Shown: positions 8,392 to 17,488 of the stretch, piece after piece
How the letters are laid out: every line of letters starts with the position of its first letter
Position numbering within the stretch: the stretch's first letter is position 1
Assembly (NCBI GenBank): GCA_051746405.1
Contig: JBNJFB010000036.1
Location: forward strand, 1 to 24,090
Direction: 5' to 3'
Length of the DNA: 24,090 bases
Origin: Campylobacterota bacterium
GTDB lineage: Bacteria > Campylobacterota > Campylobacteria > Campylobacterales > Arcobacteraceae
Made by a program: the position numbers and the translations under genes
The notes under the pieces: generated by a model
Told to the model about the DNA's origin: nothing
What the model saw: the letters and a program-made list of their open reading frames with translations, nothing else
Databases searched by the model: none

Positions 8392-10363
8392 CCCCTGTAA
8401 ATTTATATAAATTTGGATTAGCTATAGGAGGTGAGAAGTAGTACCCTTGTGAGAAGTCAACTCCAAGCTCCTTTGAAATATTAAAAATCTTTTTATTTTC
8501 AACAAACTCAGCTATTGTTTTAAGATTTAAATTTTTAGCAAACTCAACTATTGTTTTTGTTATTTTATATGAGTTTTCATCTGTTGCAATATTTTTAATT
8601 AGTGAAGCATCAATTTTTAGATAATCCACATTCATTTTTAAAAGATGCTCAAAGTTTGAGTATCCTGAGCCAAAATCATCAATGGCTACTTTACAACCTA
8701 ATTTTTTAACCTCTTCAATAAAAGAGATTAGATGTTGGTAGTTTTTAACATTTTCATCCTCTAAAATTTCAAAAACGACTCTATTTGTAATAGAATACTT
8801 TTCAACCATACTTTTTATAAAATCTAAAAACTGTGGATCTTCAATATCTTCATATGAGATATTAACAGAGAACTCAAAAGGTAAATTCTCAAACTTTTTA
8901 AAAGACTTCTCTATAACTATTTTAGTAATTTTTGTATATTGATTTGATTTTTTAGATATATCTAAAAAGAAAAAAGGTGATATTACTTTGTCATTTTCAT
9001 CAATTAACCTTACTAAACACTCATATTTATCAACATTTAATGTTTTATTATTTATTAAAGGCTGAAAAAATACTTCTATTTTATCATTTGAAAATGCATT
9101 TTTAAGCTTCTTTGTCCAAAGCATATTGTTTTCATACTCTTGAAATTTATCAAGCTCATCATAGAATACTAAATAGTCTTTGTGATCTTTTTTTGCACCT
9201 TGAAGTGCAATATCAGCTGTAATTAATTTATTGTTTTTATTTGAAAAAGATACTCCAGCTGTAACTCTCACATCTATCTCATACTGCTCAAAATGAAACA
9301 CTTTTTTATAGACTTCATCAACTATATTTTTTATAATTTCTATAAATTTATCTTGCTCTAGAAGTTTATTTGTAATACAGTATGTATCAGCAGGAAACTT
9401 ATAAAGACTTAAATCTTTATAATCCACTATACACTCATTGATTAGTTCACTAACACCTTTTAAAATAGAGTCACCTATTTTATGACCAAAAAAATCATTT
9501 ATCTCCTTAAAAGAGTTAATATCAATAATACAAATTGCATCTAATTTTATATTTTTATCATTTTGTAAGCTATCAATTAGTTTAGCTCTATTTGGTAGGG
9601 ATGTTAAATTGTCTGTATAGAGCAGTTTATACAAATCATTTTTATGTTCAATTTCATGGCTAATATCGTTTAACAGTATGATATTAGTATTATTATGAGC
9701 TAAATATATTTTTTGTATTGTAAAGTATTTCTTTTTATTCTCTTGATTCAAAACACAGATTTTATTATCTTCATTTTCAGATTTTTTCAACCAATCACTA
9801 TCACCTCTTTGAATACAGTTATCCTCATTTTCAAATAGATTAGAGATATTATTGTATTTTCTATTTATCTGCTCTTCATTTTCGCAATTAGTAAGAGTGT
9901 TGAAATATTGATTGGAAAAAATTACTTTTTTGCCATCTGTTAAAAAAAGAGGGTTATTTATATTGTTTATTATAGAACTAGATAATTCCTGTTCTTTTTT
10001 TAGTAGTTCATCTTTGTTAAATATTTTACTATAGTGTTCCACTTTATAAAAAAGTTCATTAAAATTTGCACTACTACTTAATATATCTGTACTGTTTAAC
10101 TTAAGCTCTTTTACTCTATTTTCATCATCTGAAATAAAAACTAGATAGATTCCTAAGTCTGAACATGCATTTATTATTTCACTACAGTTTTCAAGTTCTA
10201 AATTTAAAATAATCAAATTTGAATTTTCAGCATTTAATAAAACTTCTTTACTATTTGAAGAGAAGTTAATATTTATATTATCAAGTTTACTTTTTACAAA
10301 CTGATTAAATCCAACAAATTTATCTACTTTGTTGTCAGCTATTAAAACATTAAAACGCATCAT
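8378..10363 (-). CDS. c-di-GMP phosphodiesterase (degenerate REC - PAS-like - degenerate GGDEF - EAL)
   Basis: EAL domain with ECLVRL, SVN, FEILE, DDFGSGYSN, KID, AEFVE, QGYYFS. The GGDEF signature is replaced by PADTY. The start may be ATG 10360. Confidence 0.92.
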   Translation of the reverse strand: MMRFNVLIADNKVDKFVGFNQFVKSKLDNININFSSNSKEVLLNAENSNLIILNLELENCSEIINACSDLGIYLVFISDDENRVKELKLNSTDILSSSANFNELFYKVEHYSKIFNKDELLKKEQELSSSIINNINNPLFLTDGKKVIFSNQYFNTLTNCENEEQINRKYNNISNLFENEDNCIQRGDSDWLKKSENEDNKICVLNQENKKKYFTIQKIYLAHNNTNIILLNDISHEIEHKNDLYKLLYTDNLTSLPNRAKLIDSLQNDKNIKLDAICIIDINSFKEINDFFGHKIGDSILKGVSELINECIVDYKDLSLYKFPADTYCITNKLLEQDKFIEIIKNIVDEVYKKVFHFEQYEIDVRVTAGVSFSNKNNKLITADIALQGAKKDHKDYLVFYDELDKFQEYENNMLWTKKLKNAFSNDKIEVFFQPLINNKTLNVDKYECLVRLIDENDKVISPFFFLDISKKSNQYTKITKIVIEKSFKKFENLPFEFSVNISYEDIEDPQFLDFIKSMVEKYSITNRVVFEILEDENVKNYQHLISFIEEVKKLGCKVAIDDFGSGYSNFEHLLKMNVDYLKIDASLIKNIATDENSYKITKTIVEFAKNLNLKTIAEFVENKKIFNISKELGVDFSQGYYFSPPIANPNLYKFTGDDNE

Positions 10364-10412
10364 ATACCTTGTAAATTAGTAATAAACAGTGTTGCATAAT
10401 TTTGCTTTAATT

Positions 10413-11138
10413 CTACTGTTTAAAGATTCTCAAGGCATTGTTTAAATCCTCTTGAGTATCAATTCCAAATGATTTTGATTCAACTTGTACCATAGCAATA
10501 TTTTTACCATTGTCAATGGCTCTTAACTGCTCTAACTTTTCTAAAGACTCAAGCTTTGAAGGTTTTAAGTTACAAAACTCATTTAAAGTTTTTCTTGTGA
10601 AGCCATAAATACCTAAGTGACCATAATAGTAAGAGGAGCTGTAATGGTCTCTGTGATAGGGTACTTTTGCCCTTGAAAAGTATATGGCATTTTCTAACTC
10701 ATCTAATACAACTTTAACATGATTTGGGTCATCTGCTAATTCTGAAGTGATTTTTTTATAACATGAAGTAATCATAACATCTTCACTGTTTTGTATTGAT
10801 TTTTCAACTCTATGTTTAACAGCTTGAACAACCTGTGTCTCAATAAAAGGCTCATCAGCTTGTACATTAATAATGATGTCATCATCTTTCAAATTAAGTT
10901 TATTTACAGCTTCATTTATTCTATCAGTGCCACTTTTATGGTCACTAGATGTTAAAACTGCATCAAAACCATACTCTTTTGCTAAATCAACTACTTCTTG
11001 TGAATCTGTAGCAATAACAACATCATCAAGTTGGCTTACTTGTTGAGCAGTTTTAATAACCATAGGTAACCCTAATATATCAACTAATATTTTGTTTTCA
11101 AATCTGCTTGAGTTTAATCTTGCAGGAATTACAATCAT
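10413..11138 (-). CDS. kdsB: 3-deoxy-manno-octulosonate cytidylyltransferase (CMP-Kdo synthetase)
   Basis: IPARLNSSRF..K, HKSGTDR, NVQADEP, AIYFSR, HLGIYGF, EKLEQLR, GIDT.ED. Confidence 0.97.
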   Translation of the reverse strand: MIVIPARLNSSRFENKILVDILGLPMVIKTAQQVSQLDDVVIATDSQEVVDLAKEYGFDAVLTSSDHKSGTDRINEAVNKLNLKDDDIIINVQADEPFIETQVVQAVKHRVEKSIQNSEDVMITSCYKKITSELADDPNHVKVVLDELENAIYFSRAKVPYHRDHYSSSYYYGHLGIYGFTRKTLNEFCNLKPSKLESLEKLEQLRAIDNGKNIAMVQVESKSFGIDTQEDLNNALRIFKQ

Positions 11139-11224
11139 TTAATTTCCTTTTTTACATAAAACCTTATTTTCAGTAGATATATTATATTATAAAATAATTA
11201 AAACGACTATGAAAGAGATGATTA

Positions 11225-13921
11225 ATGAAAAAAACTATAACAATTATTGATACTTTTGGATTCTTATTTAGATCATATTATGCACTTCCTCCACTTAAAT
11301 CAAGTACAGGATTTCCAACTGGACTACTAACAGGTTTTATGAACCTGATTTCAAATATAGGTAAAGATTTTCAAACAGACTATTTAGTATTTGCCTTAGA
11401 CTCAAAAGGTAACACCTTTAGAAATGAAATTTATGAAGAGTATAAATCACATAGACCTGATGTACCTGAAGATTTACTAGCACAACTTCCTGTTGCAATT
11501 GACTGGATAAGTAAGATGGGGTTTGAAATAGCTATAAAAGACGGTTTTGAGGCTGATGACTTAATAGCCTCAATAGCACATGATGCAAAACAAAAAGATT
11601 TAGAAGTTAGAATTGTATCCCATGATAAGGATTTATACCAATTAATCGAAGATGATAGGGTTTACTTATTTGACCCTATAAAAAAAACTGTTATAAATGA
11701 AAAGCACTGTTTTGAAAAATATGGAATACATCCCCACCAGTTTACAGATTATCAATCCTTATTAGGTGATAGTGCTGATAATGTTCCAGGTGTAAAGGGA
11801 GTGGGTGCAAAAACAGCACAAGCTTTAATACAAGAGTATGGAACTTTAGAGAATATTTATGAAAACTTAGAATCAATAGAAAAAACAAGATGGAAAAACC
11901 TTCTAACTCAAGGAAAAGAGATGGCTTTTACTTCTAAAAAGCTAGTAACCTTAAGCCATGATTGTCACTGTATTGATGATATAGAAACTTATATTTTGCC
12001 ACTAGAGAATCCTATTTTAAAAATTGAAGATATTTTAATTGAGTATGATATGAATGCAATAGTTCAAAGAGTTCATAAAAATGGATTAAACTATAAAACA
12101 GAAATACCAAAAAAAAGTGAAAAAAAAGAACCGACCAATAATAACTACAACTATATACTTTTAAATAGTAAAGATGAGTTATTTAAAATCATAAATAGTA
12201 TTCCAAAAGATAGTATTGTTGCATTTGATACAGAAACAACAAGTATTGATTCAAAAAGTGCAAAAATTATTGGCTTTTCCTTTGCTTTTGAAGAAAACAG
12301 AGCTTACTACGCTCCAGTTGGCCACTTCTATTTAGGCGTTTTAGAACAGATTGATATACAAACTTGTAAAGAGGCAATAGCTAAATTAAATAATTTTAAG
12401 CTTGTTGCACAAAACTTTAAATACGATTATGAAATTATAAGAAGAAATTTAAATATAGAGTTAAAACTCTATGCAGATACAATGATTTTAGCTTGGATGC
12501 TAGATACAGCACAAAAAGTAGGGCTTGATGCACAAGCAAAGAGATATTTTAATCATGAAATGATAGCTTTTAAAGATATTGTAAAAAAAGGTGAAGACTT
12601 TTCAAATGTAGAAATCCAAAAAGCTTGTGATTATGCTGCTGAAGATGCACTAATAACACTAAAACTCTACCATAAATTAATAGAAGAGTTTAAAAGTAGT
12701 AAAAATGAAAAATTACTACAAATAGCTTTTGATTATGAGTTTGATTTTATATATGTTTTAGCAAATATGGAACAGCATGGAATAAAAATAGATACAAAGC
12801 AGCTTGAAGTCTTAAAAGAGAAAAATAGTAAACATATTAAATCACTTGAAGACAAAATCTACGAACAAGCAGGCGAAAAGTTTAATATAAACTCCACAAA
12901 GCAATTGGGAGTAATTCTTTTTGAAAAGCTAAACCTACCTGTAATCAAAAAAACAAAAACGGGTTATAGTACAAATGAAGTAGTTTTGCATAAATTGAAG
13001 AATGAACATGAAATAATAAAGCTACTTTTAGATTATAGAGAGGCTTTTAAATTAGAATCAACATATGTAGAGCCATTATTAAAACTTGCTATATCAGATA
13101 AAGAAAACAAAGTCTATACTACTTTTTTACATAATGGAACTGCTACAGGAAGATTAAGTTCAAAAAACCCAAATTTACAAAACATACCTGTAAGAAGTGA
13201 AGCTGGACAGTTAATAAGAAAAGCATTTATTCCTCAAGATGGATATAAATTAGTTGGTATAGACTATTCACAAATTGAGCTTAGATTACTTGCTCACTTT
13301 AGTGAAGATGAAGCTTTGATTGATGGATTTAAACATGATTTAGATATTCACAGACAAACAGCTGTGAAAATATTTGGAGAAGATAAAGCAGATAAGAATA
13401 GGGCAATAGCAAAATCTATAAACTTTGGATTACTATATGGAATGGGAAGTAGAAAACTTGCTGATACATTAGGTATTAAACCAAAAGAAGCAAAACAGTA
13501 TATAGATACATATTTTGAAGTATTTAAAAGTGTAAAAAATTATTTAAAAGAAGTAGAAGAGAAAGCTTATGAAAATGGATATGTAAAAACGCTTATTGAA
13601 AGAAAGAGATTTTTTGATTTTAACTCAGCAAATGGAATGCAAAGAGCAGCATATTTAAGAGAGTCTGTTAATACACTATTTCAAGGTAGTGCAGCTGATT
13701 TAATAAAACTTTCTATGATAGAAATATATAAAAAATACAATACTAATAAAAACATAAATACTCTTTTACAAATTCATGATGAACTTATTTTTGAAATAAA
13801 AGAAGAAAAAATTGAAGAGATTAGTAAAGATTTAAAAGAAATCATGGAAAATATCTATAAACTAAAAGTTCCATTAAAAGTTTCTGTTTCGCAAGCAAAC
13901 TCTTGGCAAGGGCTAAAATAG
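11225..13921 (+). CDS. polA: DNA polymerase I
   Basis: 5'-3' exonuclease (EADD, DKD, GDSADNVPGVKGVG.KTA), 3'-5' exonuclease (AFDTET), polymerase motifs DYSQIELR, AKSINFGLLYGM, QIHDEL. Confidence 0.98.
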   Translation: MKKTITIIDTFGFLFRSYYALPPLKSSTGFPTGLLTGFMNLISNIGKDFQTDYLVFALDSKGNTFRNEIYEEYKSHRPDVPEDLLAQLPVAIDWISKMGFEIAIKDGFEADDLIASIAHDAKQKDLEVRIVSHDKDLYQLIEDDRVYLFDPIKKTVINEKHCFEKYGIHPHQFTDYQSLLGDSADNVPGVKGVGAKTAQALIQEYGTLENIYENLESIEKTRWKNLLTQGKEMAFTSKKLVTLSHDCHCIDDIETYILPLENPILKIEDILIEYDMNAIVQRVHKNGLNYKTEIPKKSEKKEPTNNNYNYILLNSKDELFKIINSIPKDSIVAFDTETTSIDSKSAKIIGFSFAFEENRAYYAPVGHFYLGVLEQIDIQTCKEAIAKLNNFKLVAQNFKYDYEIIRRNLNIELKLYADTMILAWMLDTAQKVGLDAQAKRYFNHEMIAFKDIVKKGEDFSNVEIQKACDYAAEDALITLKLYHKLIEEFKSSKNEKLLQIAFDYEFDFIYVLANMEQHGIKIDTKQLEVLKEKNSKHIKSLEDKIYEQAGEKFNINSTKQLGVILFEKLNLPVIKKTKTGYSTNEVVLHKLKNEHEIIKLLLDYREAFKLESTYVEPLLKLAISDKENKVYTTFLHNGTATGRLSSKNPNLQNIPVRSEAGQLIRKAFIPQDGYKLVGIDYSQIELRLLAHFSEDEALIDGFKHDLDIHRQTAVKIFGEDKADKNRAIAKSINFGLLYGMGSRKLADTLGIKPKEAKQYIDTYFEVFKSVKNYLKEVEEKAYENGYVKTLIERKRFFDFNSANGMQRAAYLRESVNTLFQGSAADLIKLSMIEIYKKYNTNKNINTLLQIHDELIFEIKEEKIEEISKDLKEIMENIYKLKVPLKVSVSQANSWQGLK

Positions 13922-13931
13922 AGCCCTTTTT
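13908..13931 (+). terminator. Intrinsic terminator overlapping the polA stop codon
   Basis: AAGGGCT-aaaatag-AGCCCTT stem-loop running into TTTTT. Confidence 0.7.
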
Positions 13932-13972
13932 GCTTAAATATGACTTAAAACAATAATTTTTATCCTAAAACT

Positions 13973-14001
13973 TTGACAAATAAAGAAGTATTTGTTATTA
14001 T
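13973..14001 (+). promoter_or_regulatory. Sigma70 promoter of the orphan response regulator
   Basis: TTGACA (13973-13978), 17-nt spacer ending in TGn, then TATTAT (13996-14001). Confidence 0.7.
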
Positions 14002-14033
14002 TATGCTAAAAATATCATAAAAAGAGTAACACA

Positions 14034-14735
14034 ATGATAAAAACCGTAAGAAACATAAGAAAACTATACAATGCAAAACTACTTTTTGTCACTGCAGATA
14101 AAACAGTTCAAAAAACTATCGAAAATGAGTTTGATGACTACTTCAAAGAGTTAAAAATAGCAACTAATTTACAAGAGGCTAAAAAATTAGCCAAGTTATG
14201 TAATTTTGACATGGCTGTTATTGATACTGATATTGAAGACTCTAAATTTTGGGAATTATGTGAAGGTATTACTAAAATAGCACCAACCTTACCAAAAATC
14301 ATAATAACTAACTCCGATGACAATGAAAATATTGTAACGGCTATAAATAATAATGCTTATACTATAATATCAAAACCATTAAGAGCAAAAGATATTAAGC
14401 TTGCAGTTATAATGTGTTTAAACCAAACAAAAAGAGGTGATAAAATAGAGTTTCAAAACGGCATCTATTTTGATGAGTACAGAGACCAGTTTTTTAAAGC
14501 AGGTGGCGTTTTAATAGAGTTTACTAGACTTGAAAAAGCATTTTTAAAACTATTGATTTCAAAGAAAGATGAAATTGTAGATTATAAAACTATTCGAGAT
14601 GTTGTGTGGAAAGGTAAAGATATGTCTATTTATACTATGAGAAATATAGTTAATAAAGTTAGACAAAAGACATATTACGAAATAATAAAGAATCATTCCA
14701 ATAAAGGTTATACTATAGATGGTCATAAAAAATAA
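14034..14735 (+). CDS. OmpR-family response regulator with atypical receiver domain
   Basis: REC-like fold (LLFVTAD, MAVIDTD, IIIT, ISKP) plus winged-helix C-terminus (FTRLEKAFLKLL, VW, MRNIVNKVRQK, GY). Confidence 0.85.
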   Translation: MIKTVRNIRKLYNAKLLFVTADKTVQKTIENEFDDYFKELKIATNLQEAKKLAKLCNFDMAVIDTDIEDSKFWELCEGITKIAPTLPKIIITNSDDNENIVTAINNNAYTIISKPLRAKDIKLAVIMCLNQTKRGDKIEFQNGIYFDEYRDQFFKAGGVLIEFTRLEKAFLKLLISKKDEIVDYKTIRDVVWKGKDMSIYTMRNIVNKVRQKTYYEIIKNHSNKGYTIDGHKK

Positions 14736-14772
14736 GATATCTATTTACAAATTCCAATAAAAAAGTTATAAT

Positions 14773-14973
14773 ATGCACGAAGAACTAATAGTGTCAAAAG
14801 AGGAGTTAGTAGACCTTTTTTATGATGGCACTATAAAAGACACTGGTAAAGGTTGGTATATGGATGGCGATGAAGTGCAAATAGTAGCTTTACATGATAT
14901 TGACCCTAAATTCCTACAGGATGTTACCAATGCAAAATTCTACAAACTAATAATAATAAAAAGGTATCAATAA
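14773..14973 (+). CDS. Small hypothetical protein (66 aa)
   Basis: Fills the intergenic space, has protein-like composition, and its stop overlaps the next ATG (TAATG). No recognisable motif and no clear RBS. Confidence 0.65.
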   Translation: MHEELIVSKEELVDLFYDGTIKDTGKGWYMDGDEVQIVALHDIDPKFLQDVTNAKFYKLIIIKRYQ

Positions 14974-15242
14974 TGTCGCATTGTCCATATTGCAAGAAAA
15001 AAATTGCTATGAGCAAAGCTTTTTGTTCAAGAGGCTGTAAAGAGAACTACTTTCAATTAATAGCTATACAAATTCCTAAACCATTTCTAAAAAGAATTTT
15101 TGTTTTTTGTACCCCTGAGCAAAGAGAAGCTGAAATAGAAAGTTTTGCTAATAGGCATGGATGGAGATTAGACTTATTAAAGAAAAAAATAGATGAGCAA
15201 GCTACACAAAATGGCTATACATTAGAAGAAGAGACTAGTTAA
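14973..15242 (+). CDS. Zn-ribbon protein (DUF2116-like, CxxC...FCSxxC)
   Basis: HCPYCKKKIAMSKAFCSRGC at the N-terminus, followed by a helical, charged C-terminus. Confidence 0.8.
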   Translation: MSHCPYCKKKIAMSKAFCSRGCKENYFQLIAIQIPKPFLKRIFVFCTPEQREAEIESFANRHGWRLDLLKKKIDEQATQNGYTLEEETS

Positions 15243-15261
15243 ACTACTAACTAGTTAAACT
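15234..15261. repeat. 12-bp direct repeat that also forms an 8-bp hairpin between convergent genes
   Basis: ACTAGTTAAACT at 15234-15245 and 15250-15261. Inverted pair ACTAGTTA (15234-15241) / TAACTAGT (15248-15255). Confidence 0.7.
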
Positions 15262-16076
15262 CTCTTTGTTTTTTTTAATAAATAAATATATATAACAATA
15301 CAAATAGATGCAAAAAAAGTAGATATTAGCATTCCCATCGTTAGCCAGTTACTATATATAAAACCTAATTGAATATCAGGTTGTCTAAATATCTCTGCTA
15401 CTATTCTCATAATTGAGTAAAGTATTCCATATATCAGTGCTAATTGACCATCAAATGTTTTTCTTTTTCTTATGTAAACTAATATTGCAAATACAACTAT
15501 ACCTTCTAAAAATGCTTCATAAAGCTGTGAAGGGTGCCTTAGTGTTTCACCCACATAAATCCCCCATGGAACATCTGTAACTCTTCCTACAAGCTCTTGA
15601 TTGAAAAAGTTTCCAACTCTTCCAAATACATAAGCAGCTGATATACCAAGTACTGAAATATCTGCTAGAAACCAAAAAGAGACTCTATTTTTTCTACAAA
15701 AGAGATAAGAAGCTAAAATAAATCCAATAAATGCACCATGGTAACTCATTCCTGCAATACCTGTATACTCACCATTTACAAATGGATTAAAAATTTGCCA
15801 AGGGTTTGTCAAATAATACATAGTATTAGGGTCATAAAATAGTATATAACCTAATCTTGCACCTAAAATAACTCCAATTTCAACCCACCAAATATAAGAA
15901 TCAAATAAATCATTTGAAATGGGTAACTTATCATGTTTTATAAACCATTTTGCAATAAATATTGCAGAAATCAATGCAAGGGCATACATTATTCCATACC
16001 AATGTACAGGAATTCCTGCAATATTAAATGCTACTGGGTCAAAGTGAGTATAAATATTTTGCCAAAACTCTATCAT
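15255..16076 (-). CDS. lgt: Prolipoprotein diacylglyceryl transferase
   Basis: VHWYG, LGARLGY, GMSYHG, GRVGNFFNQE, RHPSQLYE, E.FRQPD; multi-pass hydrophobic. Confidence 0.97.
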   Translation of the reverse strand: MIEFWQNIYTHFDPVAFNIAGIPVHWYGIMYALALISAIFIAKWFIKHDKLPISNDLFDSYIWWVEIGVILGARLGYILFYDPNTMYYLTNPWQIFNPFVNGEYTGIAGMSYHGAFIGFILASYLFCRKNRVSFWFLADISVLGISAAYVFGRVGNFFNQELVGRVTDVPWGIYVGETLRHPSQLYEAFLEGIVVFAILVYIRKRKTFDGQLALIYGILYSIMRIVAEIFRQPDIQLGFIYSNWLTMGMLISTFFASICIVIYIYLLKKTKRV

Positions 16077-17371
16077 TAGTCTAAAGCCTGTGCAATTAGC
16101 TCAATAGGGTTTTTAAACTCCACATCAACATTTGATTGATATAAAGAGTTAGTTATTTGCATTCTACACGCACTACATTCAGCACTTACAATTTGTGCAT
16201 TTGTCTCTTTAATCATTGCAGCTTTAGGAGCACCTGCTGCTTTTGCTAAGTGATACTTCTCTGTTTGCATTGTAACCCCACCAAAGCCACAACATCTATT
16301 TGAATCACTCATCTCTTTTAATTTATAATTTTGCTTCAAAAGATTTCTTGGTTCTTGCCATACGTTTTGCATTTTTTTAGCATGACATGGGTCATGATAT
16401 GTCACTAACTTATCTATTTGTTTATTTGATTTTGCCAGTAAGTTTTTAAGTTCTGTATTATTCTCTAACCATTTTGTAGCCATAAAAATTTTACTTGATA
16501 ATCTCTTTGCCCTTTGTCTCCATTGAGGTTGGTCATGCAAGTAGTGCTCCCAATCTTGATTAATCATAGCACTACATGTAGCTTCTGGAATAACTACAGC
16601 ATCAACTTCATCAATCCAGCTTTCAAAATACTCAATATTATGTTTTATTAGATAATCAACTGTATCAAATGCACCTGTAAAATATGCAGGAGCTCCACAA
16701 CATAACTGTTTTTTTGGAATCATAATATCAAGTTCTAGTTTTTTTAAGATTTTAACTAAAGCATCACCAGTTGCAGTATAAGTATAATTGCTCATACAAC
16801 CAATAAAAATTGCTACTTTATTCTTTCTATTTTCTTGAATATTTTTACTATTTGCAAAAATATTCTCTGGATATTTTTTAAGAAAACTTCTCATATCTGC
16901 AAACGGTAAAGCCCTATCTTTTTTAACAATTGGTAGAGAAAATCTTGGAAGACCTGATTGCTTTTTTTTATCCAACTTTAAAGCACATGTTTGAAACATC
17001 CAACCAAATGATGATAATAAATCCATTGTCTTTCTATGTCTTAATAAGTAAAAGAATAGTCTTTTATACCAAGCAATACCAAACTTTTTAGCAATATCAC
17101 TTCTAACTTGTTCTATTACCATATCTGTTGGCAAGTCGTTTGGACATACCTCAACACAGTTTGTACACAAAAAACATGTTTCAAATATATTTTTAGCATT
17201 TTCATCAAGCTCTAACTCATCATTTTGATATGCACCTAATAAATCAATAAATCCCCTTGGAGATGTTGCTTCATCTTGATTTATATTAAATATTGTACAA
17301 ACGGGTTTACATTTACCACATTTTACACAATCATCTGCAATTGCATTATAATTAAATTTGTTTATTGACAC
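16076..17371 (-). CDS. Fe-S oxidoreductase, GlcF/GlpC-like (2x[4Fe-4S] plus two CCG domains)
   Basis: CVKCGKCKPVC, CFLCTNCVEVCP, LCCG, YHDPCH, CCGFGG, ECSACRMQ. GTG start with AAAGG; stop overlaps the lgt ATG. Confidence 0.92.
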   Translation of the reverse strand: MSINKFNYNAIADDCVKCGKCKPVCTIFNINQDEATSPRGFIDLLGAYQNDELELDENAKNIFETCFLCTNCVEVCPNDLPTDMVIEQVRSDIAKKFGIAWYKRLFFYLLRHRKTMDLLSSFGWMFQTCALKLDKKKQSGLPRFSLPIVKKDRALPFADMRSFLKKYPENIFANSKNIQENRKNKVAIFIGCMSNYTYTATGDALVKILKKLELDIMIPKKQLCCGAPAYFTGAFDTVDYLIKHNIEYFESWIDEVDAVVIPEATCSAMINQDWEHYLHDQPQWRQRAKRLSSKIFMATKWLENNTELKNLLAKSNKQIDKLVTYHDPCHAKKMQNVWQEPRNLLKQNYKLKEMSDSNRCCGFGGVTMQTEKYHLAKAAGAPKAAMIKETNAQIVSAECSACRMQITNSLYQSNVDVEFKNPIELIAQALD

Positions 17372-17461
17372 GATTTAACCTTTGGTTTATATAATTAATA
17401 ATATCTTTAAGAAAAAGTAATATACTATAAAAAGTGTTAAGAGTTTATGAAGTAAATTAGG

Positions 17462-17488
17462 AAAAAAAAGAGCCTAAAACTCTTTTTT
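17462..17488 (-). terminator. Intrinsic terminator after hemN
   Basis: Minus strand reads AAAAAAGAG-TTTTAGG-CTCTTTTTTTT: a stem followed by a T8 tract. Confidence 0.75.

Noticed and set aside
14138..14323. 61-aa minus-strand ORF
   Set aside because: Antisense shadow of the response regulator.
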